A stretch of DNA of 64,000 nt from contig CM120644.1 of the NCBI GenBank assembly GCA_051362555.1, positions 8,316,954 to 8,380,953 on the forward strand, in the 5' to 3' direction. Made by a program: the position numbers and the translations under genes. The notes under the pieces are model-generated. The model made no database searches. It saw nothing but the letters and a program-made list of their open reading frames with translations, and was not told where the DNA came from. Shown here one piece after another: positions 51,968 to 64,000 of the stretch. Position 1 is the first letter of the stretch, and each line of letters opens with the position of its first letter. This DNA is from Lingula anatina. Its lineage: Eukaryota; Animalia; Brachiopoda.

Positions 51968-53346
51968 ATCTTGTTAATAATACGTATATAGTAAAGACAG
52001 TTTGAAGCCTAATAAATATTACATGTACAAGTAGTGTTTTATTTGATCTTTGATAAATTCATAAATTCATTTATTAAACTCTATGTAAATTCAATCAATT
52101 CATAGCTACAATGTACACGAAAATTGCTGTTATCACCGAATCAATGTTGGCAAGTTCTTTTACTTAAAATCTCCGTATCAGAGTAGAGTGATCAGAGTAG
52201 AGTGAAGCCACCGCGCATTAAAGGTCAATTAACGCTTGGACGAGCACTTAATTGCGACCACGCTCACCTTCGATCTTTATCTCAGCGAGCTAGGGTTAGG
52301 TTCTTTTGTTAGCAGAAAGTTTGTCACGATAATTGCCCGACGGGCAGGGTATGGAACTATTGTTAACGGAAACCAAACAGCGTATGGATGACAATGTTAT
52401 TTCCATAGTAACCGAGCCAGGCCGTCCGTACAACCCGCAGCGACCCGGAGGGTAAGTAAGGGGAGATTCCGGCGGCACTGTAGTGCAGTTAGAATACTGT
52501 TCAAATGCCATTCGATAAATTTCCACTTGGAATGCACTTCGAAAGTTTTTGACATGACAAAAACATTCGGGATGCCACAAGAATGGGTAAAAATATTTAG
52601 AATGCCCTCGGAATTTTAAGAATGCTCTTCGAATATCCAGGAGCGCACAAAGAATTGTCTTTCCGACGGCATTCTTGCTCATTCCGCCTCTAGTGTGACG
52701 GGGGCATAATCAAACGACTTACCAGTTAGAATTGAAATTTTTCTCACCTTTTGTTCTGTAATATGTTCATGATCCCCGTAATCAGAAGGATTGTCTCGAT
52801 CATACCAACCAGTCCAATAATGTCCTGAGAAAATAAAGACAGTTAACAGTCACATTTATCTGCAGTAAGATATCTTGAGGGACAAAATGCAATTTATGTC
52901 TGTTCCTTGCGCTTTCAAAAATTTGGCGGTATTTAATTATTTCTACTTCCTAATTATACAAGTATAAATGTTCGAACCATTTTTTCATTTCTTCCCGAAC
53001 GAAAAATGACATGTTTCTATTGCTTCTAGTAAAATAAAGTTCACTGGGAAAACAGTACATGCTGTAAAGTATCCGAGATATAATCGCAGACAATCTTCTA
53101 AGCCAACAACAACAAAAAAAAACCTGTACCCTCCCTCAAGATTACTCTTAAGGCGCTTGATCTTCATGTATATAAACAATGATTTTCCTGAAAGTGGTTT
53201 TCTTAAACACCAAGGTGTGTCATATCCAAAACCGATGACAACACTACGATAAGTAAATCGGTTTTTTATGATTCATTTTAAGGCACAGTTGCAGTGGAAG
53301 CGAGGACCTTTGAATTTCACTTGTAACAGTGAAAGTCAATAATTAA

Positions 53347-53603
53347 GCCAGGGTTCCCATACCTAGATCGATCTAACTGGATCGATCCATCTCCAAGGGG
53401 GTTCTAGGTAAATTGCTTTCAGCTTAAGTAGCGTAGATGTATGGCACGCCTACTGAAGCTGCTAAACGATAATTAATTACCCCCTAGAAGCTTCAATAGG
53501 CGTGACAGACATCTAAGCCGCTTAAGTTTATTGCAATTTTGCGAGAATCCCCTTGGAGATAGATCTATCCAAAGTTAGTACGATAGGGTCTGGGAATGGT
53601 CCC
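53347..53603. mobile_element. Palindromic MITE related to the 10259/38102 family
   Basis: TTCCCA...TAGATCGATCTA subtermini, TCTGGGAATGG right end, central AATTAATTACCCCCT, long internal inverted symmetry. Confidence 0.7.
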
Positions 53604-56447
53604 AAGAAATTCTTCAATGGTATTTAATAGTATGCTGTATATGTAGAGGTATAACGAGGCAATACATGGAAAATTGCTGGAATTTCCACATGTACCAGGA
53701 ATGTTCGTTTTGTTATTTCTGCTTCCATTCTATAACTTGCAGTATACATGTATATAATGTTTGTTCAGGTGTAATGTCAACAAAACGGTGCCTCTTACCT
53801 TGGATAGACTTTAAAGTCAGAAAACACGAAAACACAAAGGGCATCAAATTCATGTTATACCTGAAAGATGTAACAATATTTTACACTAGAAGGTCATTTA
53901 TCATGACGGTTATCTATCACACTTATTCAATGACTTTATTCTAACTTATAATTTATATTTCATATATTTGGGGGGGGGATGAATACCCTTTTTGCGCTTT
54001 TGAAAAAAATAATAATGGTCCAAATTGCTGTCATAGGTTATCATTCTTCAATTTTAACCTTGTGCTCTCTGAAAGGGAGTGGTCTGGAAAAATCTACTCT
54101 TAAAAAAATGATAAGAAGGATGGCCTCTAAGGAAATAAATCCTAACGTACGGAACCCTGTTAAGTACACACAGGCCTGGGCAGTTATGAAATAACAAAAC
54201 TTGACTCGAGCTGCTTCCATTTTTAAAAGGTGAAAAAATACCCATTTAATGCTACTCTTCTCTTTTTAGAATCAACATGCCTCACTTTCCATGCCCATCA
54301 ACAGTAAGAAAACAACCTAAGTAACTCTTTTCTTTAGTTACTCACAGTGACCCCTGTTTGCATACATTCATGAAGTTCTAGCCAATGGGAACACGTGATC
54401 TGAGTTTCAAAGACATCATTTACTCACGATTGCCGTTGGAACACAACAAAATACTATCTAAATCTAAATTACAAATATGTAACCATCTTTTTGACTTAAA
54501 AAATGAATAAACTCGTGCTGGCATTTTTAATTGCTTTTTATGCGTTTCCTAGGTCATTGAAACATTTAATGTAAAAACATTCACAGTTGCATGTTTTGAA
54601 TAAACAACAACAAAAGCCAAATGTTTTTTTTTTCTTGACCTTTTGATGCTTATATTTAAAAATAGTTTTAAAAAGCTTTAAGGCTGCTACACCGTGCTCC
54701 TTCTTACACGCCACTGGATATCAATAGATGAATCCATTGCAAGACTATTATTTTGATTTCTTAAGCATGAGTGTACATCAAGGAAAACAAGGCACTGCGT
54801 TTGATTAATTAATTTACTGCTACTACCTCTGCTTCTACTATTATTACTACCATCATTGATAATAATATAAATAATAACTAGTGGATAGTACAAGTACGTT
54901 GGAAACAAGAGGAGGCGTGTTAATCTGTTAAACTGGTTGCATTCAGCGAGAGTCCCCACGAAGTTGGATCGATCTAATTTCAATGGGAATGAGTCCTTAT
55001 AGTGTTACGAGTGTGGCATGATAATGCATTGTCTTCCATGGCATTGGATAGCTGGTTTTGACTAATGACAACATGGAGAACAAAATTTGCATTCTTGATT
55101 GGTCATTTCAAATGAAGGTTGCTTTGCTTGTAGTGTGCAAGATAACCAGTTTGAACAGAAACAGTCCACAGCATTCAGGAAGACCATACAACACCATACA
55201 TGTACACGTTTGTGGATATAACACTCATAGTACATGTACGCCATTCAGTCATACAAGACAAAGCATTTTCACATCTCACACTGACGTTGTTCTGCCTACC
55301 TTCATGCTTACCTGCAATCGGCAATAACTACAATAAAGTTATGGAAACTGATAAATATTTTGTTGATCTACAAACAACAATACCTGTACAAATGCCGGTT
55401 AAGAAAAAGGAAAATGCTTAAGATAGTTATAAATTGGAACACTTGCCCGTTACCTCTGCGGCGTGCCCACGTCGAGTTTTTGCTTGAATTAACAGCGTTT
55501 TCTGGATAGCATCAAATTATACACGTTCTTAATTGCGTAAAAGGGTGTCATATCGTCCTTACAACTGAAAACCACCTCGGGTTAATTTGAATTAGAAAGA
55601 CATGATCTAATTCATAAGTACCTGCAACCCTTCATCATAACGCAATTAATTTAATTTATAAGCTGATGTCGTTGCCAAACTTTTAAAGTAGGTTGAAAAT
55701 GTTTATTTAATAGCTGTGGAAAAAGCAACGTTCCCTGCTGGGGTCCAGTTTTCAATAAAAAGCAAAATCGTCTATCCATTCTTGCTTGACCGTCAGCCTG
55801 TTTAACTTGATGTCGTCCAGGGACAAAACCTTTGTTCTGCCATGCAAATGACCAACTCTTGCAGCATATATGTTTTCGAAATATCTTTGGCAGATAAAAC
55901 CGTTCTATTGTCAGTTATGCGTGGTATTTAAAAAACTAAAAAAAACTATATGATGTCATTGTTATTTGCAAACGAAAAATAAATCGACATGTTCGACAAA
56001 TCACCGTCACTGAACTTTTGAATAGCGTGCAAGAATTTCCAGAATTCTGCAGATTTTGACGATGTGACCAAATATCGGGCAAGGGAAGGCAAAACCTGCA
56101 GACTCTTTATTTCTATTTAGAACAAACTCCCTTATGATCGAAGCATAAATATATAAGCGATGAACTAATGCTTCAATGCAAAGCAGTACAATTTACCTGT
56201 ATTGTCCTTAAATGGTACTTTTGTTAAATGCGTCACCTTACAAAATGGCGAAGAACCGAAATTTTAAATCAATGCATAGCAATAGTCAGCAAAAAGTTTT
56301 ACGTACATTTGATAAAGCAATTCTGTTAACATTTTTCAGATATACTATTTTCAGATTGCAATGTGTGTCATTCACCAGGAAATGGGCTTGTCATTTGGGT
56401 TTCCCCCGTCTTCAAGATGCTCAGTGAAAACATATGAGTGAGACAAG

Positions 56448-58013
56448 TTACGGACACAGAAAACGGACTTCGTAATCTTTACAATATTGTCCACTCGGCT
56501 GGTCGCGGTTCTCGCAGACGAACCCTTCAGAGGGCGTGCATTTCACTTTGATCACCTGACCCGTCTGATCCCAAGGCTGATTGGTTCCCCTCACGCGGCA
56601 CTGGATATCAATTGGTTCATGGCCGGAGCACTTGAAAAAAATAAAGAAGATGTGTTCGCTACCATCTGAGTCAAGACCCACAATAGCATTTTTCTGCCCT
56701 TTTCTCGTATATTCGTTGAACGGTATGCAACAACTTTAGCCCAAAAAAAAATCCCTAGCCATCACCCATTTTTCTCAACTTTAATAAAATGAAAAAGGGG
56801 TGCATCAGTCACCAACAGGCCTTGATGGCAATAATAGGTACATGTAGCATCCAATATAAAGCTTTGAAACAAAACGAAACGTATGTTCCCATATGCCACG
56901 CCCTAATGTATCTCACTTCCACTGACTTCATTGTAGTGCTATAGAATTGTAGTAAATTTGCCACTGTATGAAGGGTTAAACATGTTATTGTATAATAAAT
57001 ACAAAGCATGAAGGCTGCAAAAACCTTTATTACGTATTATCATAACATAGAATTAACTGAAAACAACGTGTAACCCAGGATTATAATGTATATTTACCAA
57101 TTCTTTAACCTACCGGATTAAAGCCTGTTGGCCCCACGTGCTCAGCATCTCCGTTACCGCTGGGGTTGTCTCTGTCCATCCAGGGAGTCCACTTAGCGCA
57201 TGCAGGACACGTGCCTGTGAGATAAAGATTTTAAAGTAACACACAGAGCTTCAACAAAATAGATACATACATGCATACTTACTAAATTTTTACATGCACA
57301 TTTAGTGTTACAGAAAAAAATGAAAAGCAAAACACGAAAGGACATATTCACCCATTCATAAAGGCTACAATTACGTACAGAGCGCAGGAACAAGACTGAC
57401 TGCACGCTCAAACATATGAAGTTAACTAACTGTAAGAAATTTTGCAGCATAGCGGCCATTTGCCTTCGGTATGAATGAAAGCGTGTAAAGTGAGATTATG
57501 TATCTGTTTATGTGTACGTTTTTTTTTTCTCTGACACATAAACCCCCAAAAACACTACCCCACCCAACAGTAACACAAACAGACTTTTGCTTGCGCGCGC
57601 ACTCACGCGAACACACAGACACACACGCACACAGTAGTCTACAAGGAAATTTCTCCACGACATAGTGAAAGAGCAAACACGTACATATGGAAGGCCTCAT
57701 GGACACGAGAAAGATGATATGGAACTCCAATGCATGAATTGCTGATACACTTCTCCTGGCCTCCTTTGACTACTTACCTATGTCTGGGCATTTAAACTTC
57801 ACTTCGTAGTCCTTGCAGTATTTCCCGTTGACGTCTCTGGTACAGACCAAGCCATTCTCCCAGCTACAGTCGTGGTCGGTATTGTACGTGTCTCCAGTTG
57901 CATAGTAATGGTAGCGGGTGTCTCTATCGCGACACCGGGCACACATTGGGCGACCACCATTGCATAGATTGACACCGTCATCAACCTGAAAAATGAGAAC
58001 TATAATGAATATT

Positions 58014-58097
<84 letters not shown>

Positions 58098-59962
58098 CAC
58101 GGACATCAAACTAAAAAATTAGAAGAGACAGATTCATAGGCAAGAATGTTTTAATAACGGAAGTGATCAACGTTAAACGTCCATACCAAGGTGGCTTGAG
58201 TGTTATAAACAAAATTGATGTGTGTGAGAGTGGGCAACCTCGACAAATTCCGGCCCATGAAGGGGCAGGTGACATGACATCCTGTGCAAAGTTACTAACG
58301 TGATGTTCACAGTCAGTATATAATCTGAACGTGAGATCGCATTTCTTCGGTACTAATTAACTGCAAGTAATTGACCAGTATGCATTTAGAGGCTCATTGA
58401 TCTGAAGGTTCAATAGCAATTGTCATCAAAAAGTTAGAACGTTTGCGGAGAGCATTCATATTTCTTTCAGACCTACTGAATTTTCAGAGGAGTGTACCGG
58501 GTACATTTTAACATGTCACCGTTTGACCTAGGGAATCAAAATTGACAAACACACTGTGTATATATGCGCATTTACCTTGAACGTGTATATAAAACCTGTA
58601 TTCATTTTCCCGTAAAATTAAATAAAGAGTATGAATGAACTAAATCCAAACATGTTAGAAGACAGGTGACAGTAGCAAAAATAGAACGTGATCATCACGT
58701 GGTGATCCTCACCCTGAAAGCCTTAACGTTCTCCCAGTCACCGGTTCCGCTTGGGTTATCCCTATCTAGGTAGTTTGTCCACGTACCACCTGGATAAAAG
58801 AACGAGAAAAATATATAACGAAAAAATATGACGATCAGACAACAAATCCTTCCTACAATACAAAAAAAAAGATTAAGAAAAGATAATGGTGCAGTACATC
58901 AAGGTGTCCTTTTAATAAAACAGAAGTTTCAAAGAGGTGAAATCATTCGTAGCAATTCACAGAGAAAGTCACACCTACACCAATCTTCACAAAACTTACT
59001 TGTACTTGGGCACAAGTATCTTATCTCATAGTCTGCGCAGTATCCGTCGGCTTGCTGGGAGTTGCGACACACCAGACCTTGTGTTGGTAAACAGTGGACC
59101 TCCAGTCTATCTGGAGCTGTTCCGGACCATCGCGTGAACGTTCTGGTTGACCCCTTTGCGCGACACTCTGCTCCGATGGGTTTACATCCACCACAGATGT
59201 AACCTAGTTTCTAAATGAAAGTGATAGATGAATTTTACTTTTTCTTTTTAATTGATCACCCTAAATGTCGAGTTTCTCCACTTTTTTCTTTGCCTCCCCA
59301 TTCTTGCATTCTTATAATGATATTTTTTATCACTTTTTTCCGAACTCCAGTGAAATCTCAGAAGCATAATTTCAACCAACCGAGTAACATTCATCCATTT
59401 ATTTTAGCCTTTCCTCTAATCAAACGACTTAGCAGCCAGAAGTGAAGATTTTTCTCACCTTTTGCTCTGTAATATGTTCATGATCCCCATAACCTGAGGG
59501 ATTGTCTCGGTCATACCAACCGGTCCAATAATGTCCTTGGGAAATAAAGACGATTAGCAGTCACAGTTCACTTCAGTAACTTCAGCAAGATATTGAGTGA
59601 CGTACATTATTCAGACTAACGTCTAAACAAAATGCAATTTACGTCTGTTCCTTGCGCCTACAACAATGTAACAGCATTATATTATATGTAGTTCCTAATA
59701 TAGAAGTATACAAGTGCAGAAAACTTTTTCTTTCCTTCTCGAACGAATGATGATATGTTTTATTATTTCAAATTCGAGCAGAAATACAGTTCGGTGATAA
59801 AAATATATTTTATGGATAATATCCCAAAGATGTAACTAAACTGGCATGGTTTACGTGTATATGATGTATGAAGAGGTGAGATATGTCAGCAAAACGCTGC
59901 CTCTTACCTTGGATAGAATGTAAAGTCAGAAAACACGAAAACACAAAGGGCATCAAATTCAT
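56448..59962 (-). CDS. Triple WxxW/CysD-domain secreted protein, copy F (303 aa)
   Basis: Exons: 59962-59908 (MNLMPFVFSCFLTLHSIQG), 59535-59459, 59210-59000, 58789-58713, 57985-57778, 57214-57114, 56630-56448. Open frame, 912 nt. UTR-exon donor at 61907. Confidence 0.92.
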
Positions 59963-61170
59963 GTTATACCTGAAAGATGAAACAATGTCTTAGTGTAGAA
60001 GACCATTTTCCATGACAGTTATCTCTCACACCTATTTCATGACATAATTCTTACCTATAATCTACATAACATACAACCCTAAGCTGGGGGGGGGGGGGGC
60101 ATTGCCCTTTGTACGCTTTTGAAATATAATAGAAATTATGATCCAAATTCCTGTCAAAGGTCATCATTCCTCGATTTTGACATTGTACTGTCTGAAGGAA
60201 GGGAAGTCTGGAAAAAGTCTACGCTTTGTAGACTTGTGAAAATTGTGATAAAAATGGATGACCCCCGAAGGCCTGGTAATGTTAGTAAACTACAAAACTT
60301 GACTCCAGTTATCTTAAGTTTTTTTTTTTTAAACAAAGTGTGAACACATATATCTCTGCAATGCTACTCTTGTATGTGCAGAATCATGTCTTATTTCACT
60401 TTCCTTACCCATCAACACTAACAACCTAATAGAAAACAACCTAATTAACTCTTATGTCTCACCATTTGTTACCAACAAAAACGCCGTTTGCATACATTTA
60501 TGAAGTTTTAACCATTGGGGACACGTGATCTGAATTTCAAAGACATCGTATTAAGCTTGAATGTCATTGAAACACAACAAATGTCTATTTATGAGGTCTT
60601 ATCTTAACCTAGATTACAAACATATTACCATCATTTAAAGTAAAGTAAAAAAAGAATTGCTTCTGTGCATTTTACGTCCCCGCCGAAACATCCAAATGCG
60701 ACGGTACACCAATCAACAGTTGCATGTTTTGGATAAACAACATCACAACCAATGATAAACTTAACTTATGACTGTAAACACCTGTCTATAATTATATTTT
60801 TAAAAAATTACTTTAAAACAATAGTAAGGCTTCTTCGCCGTGCGCTCTTACACATCATTGGATATAGGTAGACGAACCCGTTTTCAAGAGTATACTGCGT
60901 GCATGGTACGATACTCAGTTTTTAAAATTAATTAATTAATTAATTATTTTTATTTAAGAATTTGCTACTAATAATAATGATAACTATGGTAACAAAAAAA
61001 GTATAATAAAATGCAGGGTAAAGTTCATTTTTGAACAGGGGGTCTACCACATACAAAGTTCACTGTGTATTGAACTTTGTATATATTATATAGAATTGAC
61101 AGGTATTGACAGTGATACGTGCAGTGTGACTACGTGACGTGAGCTTACAAATTAATGAAGGTGTGAAATC

Positions 61171-61329
61171 CAGGGGCGGATCCAGAGATATTTTCTGACA
61201 GGTTTCGAATTATCTTTATCGATCCATCCTCCATTTTTGACCGTCTTCCGGCAGAAAAAAATTACATACCCATCATTATAAACTTGAAAATCTGACCGTT
61301 TTCCGGAAGACCCAGAAGATCTGCCCCTG
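61171..61329. mobile_element. Small MITE with hAT-like CAGGGGCGGATC termini
   Basis: TIR CAGGGGCGGATC / GATCTGCCCCTG. The flanking direct repeat AAATC is only 5 bp, shorter than the 8 bp expected for hAT. Confidence 0.65.
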
Positions 61330-63114
61330 AAATCGTACCTCTAGTGGTGAAAGGCGAGTGTATAAGCCGAATCACCGTTCGATACTTTCCGTTTTCTTAA
61401 ACTGTTCGGAAAAAGATTTCAGAGAGGTCATTCCAATGAAAATGTCTCGCAGTGACCGACCAAGGAACAAAACAAGGTGAGATTTTAGGTGTCCTGTTTT
61501 ACTCCCTTAATTACAGGGGATGCACTCATAGATTCTGGGAACAAATTAACAAGTCAAAACCTGGAGAAACTTATTTTGTCAGGACAAGAAGACAAAAGAT
61601 TTTGACATGTTTTACATCACTATATGAAATTCACTCATGGTGCTGAGACACCATTCACCGCAAGTCATAAAAGATAAAGCACTTTTTGGAAAATCCCTAA
61701 CCTTTCATCCATCACACTAACATTTTACTGGTATTTCTCCGTTGTTCTCCAACGATGCTTATCTATAATCTACAAGAACTAAAATGACGCCATGAAAACT
61801 GATTAATGTTTTTGTTTATGCAAAAACAACAATACCTGTACAAATGATGGTTTAGAAAAAGGAAAAAAATGTGTATCAAAGTTTTAACCTGAAAACTTGC
61901 CCCTTACCTCAGCGGAGTGTCCTCGTCCACTTTTTGCTTGAATTAACAACGTCGTCTTCTGATGGATTACCCAAAATAACATCAATTTTTACACGATCTT
62001 AATTACGTAAGTGGGTGTACAGTCGGCCTTACAACTGAAAAACACCTGGGGATAATTTGAATTAAAAAGACATGATCTTTTCCATAAGTACCTGCAACCC
62101 TTCATCAGAACGCGATTAGTTTTATTTATAAGCTGATATCTTTGCCAAACCTTTATATAATTGTGTTTAATTCCACGCATTGCATTAGGGATGACACTTA
62201 TTTTGGCAGGAGATTATATATTGTTTTTCTTGTTTGGGAAAGGGTAAAATGGGAAGGGAGAGGCTAAGGGAGCAATGTGGTATACTGTGTTAGTAGTACT
62301 TCCGGGGCGTAAAAAAATATAAATAAATAAATAAAAATAAAAAAACGCAATTAGATATTGGATAGAAAGGCGTGGTCTTTATTGTTTATTGAAACTCTCA
62401 TCATTATCTTATTTTAACCTTCAAGTCTGCTCTGAAAACTTTCTAGGGTTTTATTCAATGGCCGATTGTCAGATGTGAGCATCGCTAGGAAACTTTATTG
62501 AAATATTATCTGCAGTCAAGTGTAGTTATGGGGTGTCGTTCTTGTATACAACATACTGTTTTAGCTGCCCACAGTTAATAAGGCCTCCATGCCTTCTGAA
62601 TCATGAAGTTGATTTATCAAACTTTCCTATTACTGGTAGAAAAAAATGAGTTGAAGCCCCAAAACATTGTTATTTCACAAGTATGAATTTTACCACTAAA
62701 ACGCGTTAAGTGATAAGATTCCATATTTTGACAAACAATTTGTTTCCTTGGGTAAAAGTCTTCAAGTTTGTGAAAACGATTCAATGTTTTCGGTGAAAAT
62801 TAAATCCCTGTGGCAAAATGATATTTCTTAAATTGGACTCGATATCGCATTCCAGTCAAATGCCCCTTATTACACTTGTTAAGTTGGTGAGCTGTGGAAA
62901 GGGCTGATACGTATTATCGTTTGAACTTGTATAAACTGCTGCATTTTCGGCATTATATTATTGTCATTCATTGATATAAATATATTCTACCAGACCCACC
63001 AAGATTTGGATATTCACTGGCTGTGGATTTTTCTGTTCTACTGGCGAGGGATTTTGAACAACAATAATAATAACAACATCATCCAACCGCCCGTTGCTAG
63101 AGGTAGTGAGTATA

Positions 63115-63598
63115 CAACATTGGTCAAAAAGGTTGTCCCACCCTTATTTCCATGTACTTATATTTACAAATGATCACCTCACAGATGTAAATTGTTATAA
63201 ACGGTGCCTTTTAATCCAAATACCGTGGCTCACATGATTAATGGTTCAGAAAATCCAAAATAGTGGTGAAAATATGTACATTTTATACCATTTAGTCAAA
63301 TTTATAACAGGTACCCCCTCAAATCCAATGTTTCACTGTGATTTCTACAGATGTAAAGAAATGTCTATTTAATTGAAAAGACGACACCAAATGTCACCAA
63401 ATTTACACACAACTAGCATTAGGGTGTGCTCGTTAAAGGTCACGTGCCTAATAGCGAGTGTGGCTACCGCGTACTGCAATTTTCTCCTGTAGATCCACGT
63501 TTCTAACACTATTTCTAACAATCTTCAGCTGTGCGGTGATCATTTGTAAATAAAAGTACATGGAAATGGGGGTGGGACAACCTTTTTGACCAATGTTG
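63115..63598. mobile_element. Tc1/mariner-type MITE (484 bp)
   Basis: Perfect 29-bp terminal match CAACATTGGTCAAAAAGGTTGTCCCACCC, extending imperfectly to about 70 bp; TA TSD. Confidence 0.9.
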
Positions 63599-63897
63599 TA
63601 TATGTAGTATACGCCATAGTCGTTTTTTTTAAATCATTTCTATCAATAAGCGATGAACTAATGCAAAGAAGCACAATTTATTGTCCTTAAATGGTACTTT
63701 TGTTAAATGCGTCACCTTTCAAAATGGTGAAGAACCTAAATTTTAAATCAATGCATAGCAAGTCAACAGAAAGTTTTAATAAATCAATTCTGTAAGCGTT
63801 TCTCAGATATACTAAATTCAGGTTGCATTGTATGTCATTCACCAGGATATCGCTTGTCATTTTCCTCAGTGAGTACATACTGTAATAGTGAGCCAAA

Positions 63898-64000
63898 TTA
63901 CGGACACAGGAAACGGACTTCGTAATCGAAGCAATTTTGTCCACTCGGCTGGTCGCGGTTCTCGCAGACGAACCCTTCAGAGGGCGTGCACTTCACTTTG
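63898..64000 (-). CDS. Terminal exon (partial) of copy G; the array continues beyond the window
   Basis: [33 protein letters not shown]. The 3' flank 63640-63897 is homologous to the copy F flank 56150-56447. Confidence 0.9.
   Translation of the reverse strand, partial: KVKCTPSEGFVCENRDQPSGQNCFDYEVRFLCP

Larger units (their letters stand above)
50304..52480 (-). mobile_element. Tc1/mariner-type element (2177 bp) with a deleted transposase and a cargo ORF
   Basis: TIR CAGTGCCGCCGGAATMTCCCCTTAC (24/25 match); TA TSD at 50302-50303 and 52481-52482. Confidence 0.9.
49413..52706. mobile_element. Non-autonomous PIF/Harbinger element hosting two nested insertions
   Basis: TIR TACCCCCGTCACACT / AGTGTGACGGGGGCA; TSD TAA (49410-49412, 52707-52709). 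Empty site CCTCTAATCAAACG in copy F (~59413). Internal sequence is rich in GAAT/ATTC. Confidence 0.9.
47811..53853 (-). pseudogene. WxxW/CysD gene copy E, 3'-truncated (last exon missing)
   Basis: Exons 53853-53799, 52824-52748, 49187-48977, 48772-48696, 48285-48078 and 47911-47811 are open with intact splice sites. I found no terminal exon between 47810 and the copy D promoter. Residues invariant in other copies are changed (KLDYVCCG, PITA, GGLP). UTR-exon donor at 55453. Confidence 0.75.

Noticed and set aside
5504-59137. Recurrent plus-strand ORFs (for example 5504, 7279, 22047, 41506, 47770, 56487)
   Set aside because: They are antisense shadows of the conserved minus-strand WxxW exons.
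5705-64000. One giant mucin or CILP gene spanning the window
   Set aside because: Every complete unit has its own signal exon and stop codon, and most show a promoter and poly(A) signal. No PTS, VWD, TSP1 or Ig exons were seen, so no MUC or CILP symbol is assigned.

Overview
AT-rich animal genomic DNA with GT-AG introns, microsatellites and many transposons; it looks like an invertebrate, but the species cannot be told from the sequence. The main content is a minus-strand, head-to-tail tandem array of at least seven paralogous multi-exon genes, which I label A-G. Each encodes a small (~303-304 aa) secreted protein made only of a signal peptide plus three Mucin2_WxxW / CysD-type domains (the family found in gel-forming mucins and CILP). 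A, B, C, D and F splice manually into intact ORFs. E lacks its last exon and looks decayed. G enters at the right edge of the window. The copies are mosaics: D has an A-like 3' body with a B/C-like 5' end, plus exon-limited patches. At the left end is an uncharacterised 730-aa multi-pass membrane protein with a single coding exon. Spacers and introns hold a solo LTR, PIF/Harbinger elements and MITEs, CCCAG-ended elements, Tc1/mariner relics and a LINE fragment. One nested Tc1-like element carries a BEN-domain-like cargo. All exon boundaries, TIRs and TSDs were read by eye, and no database searches were run.
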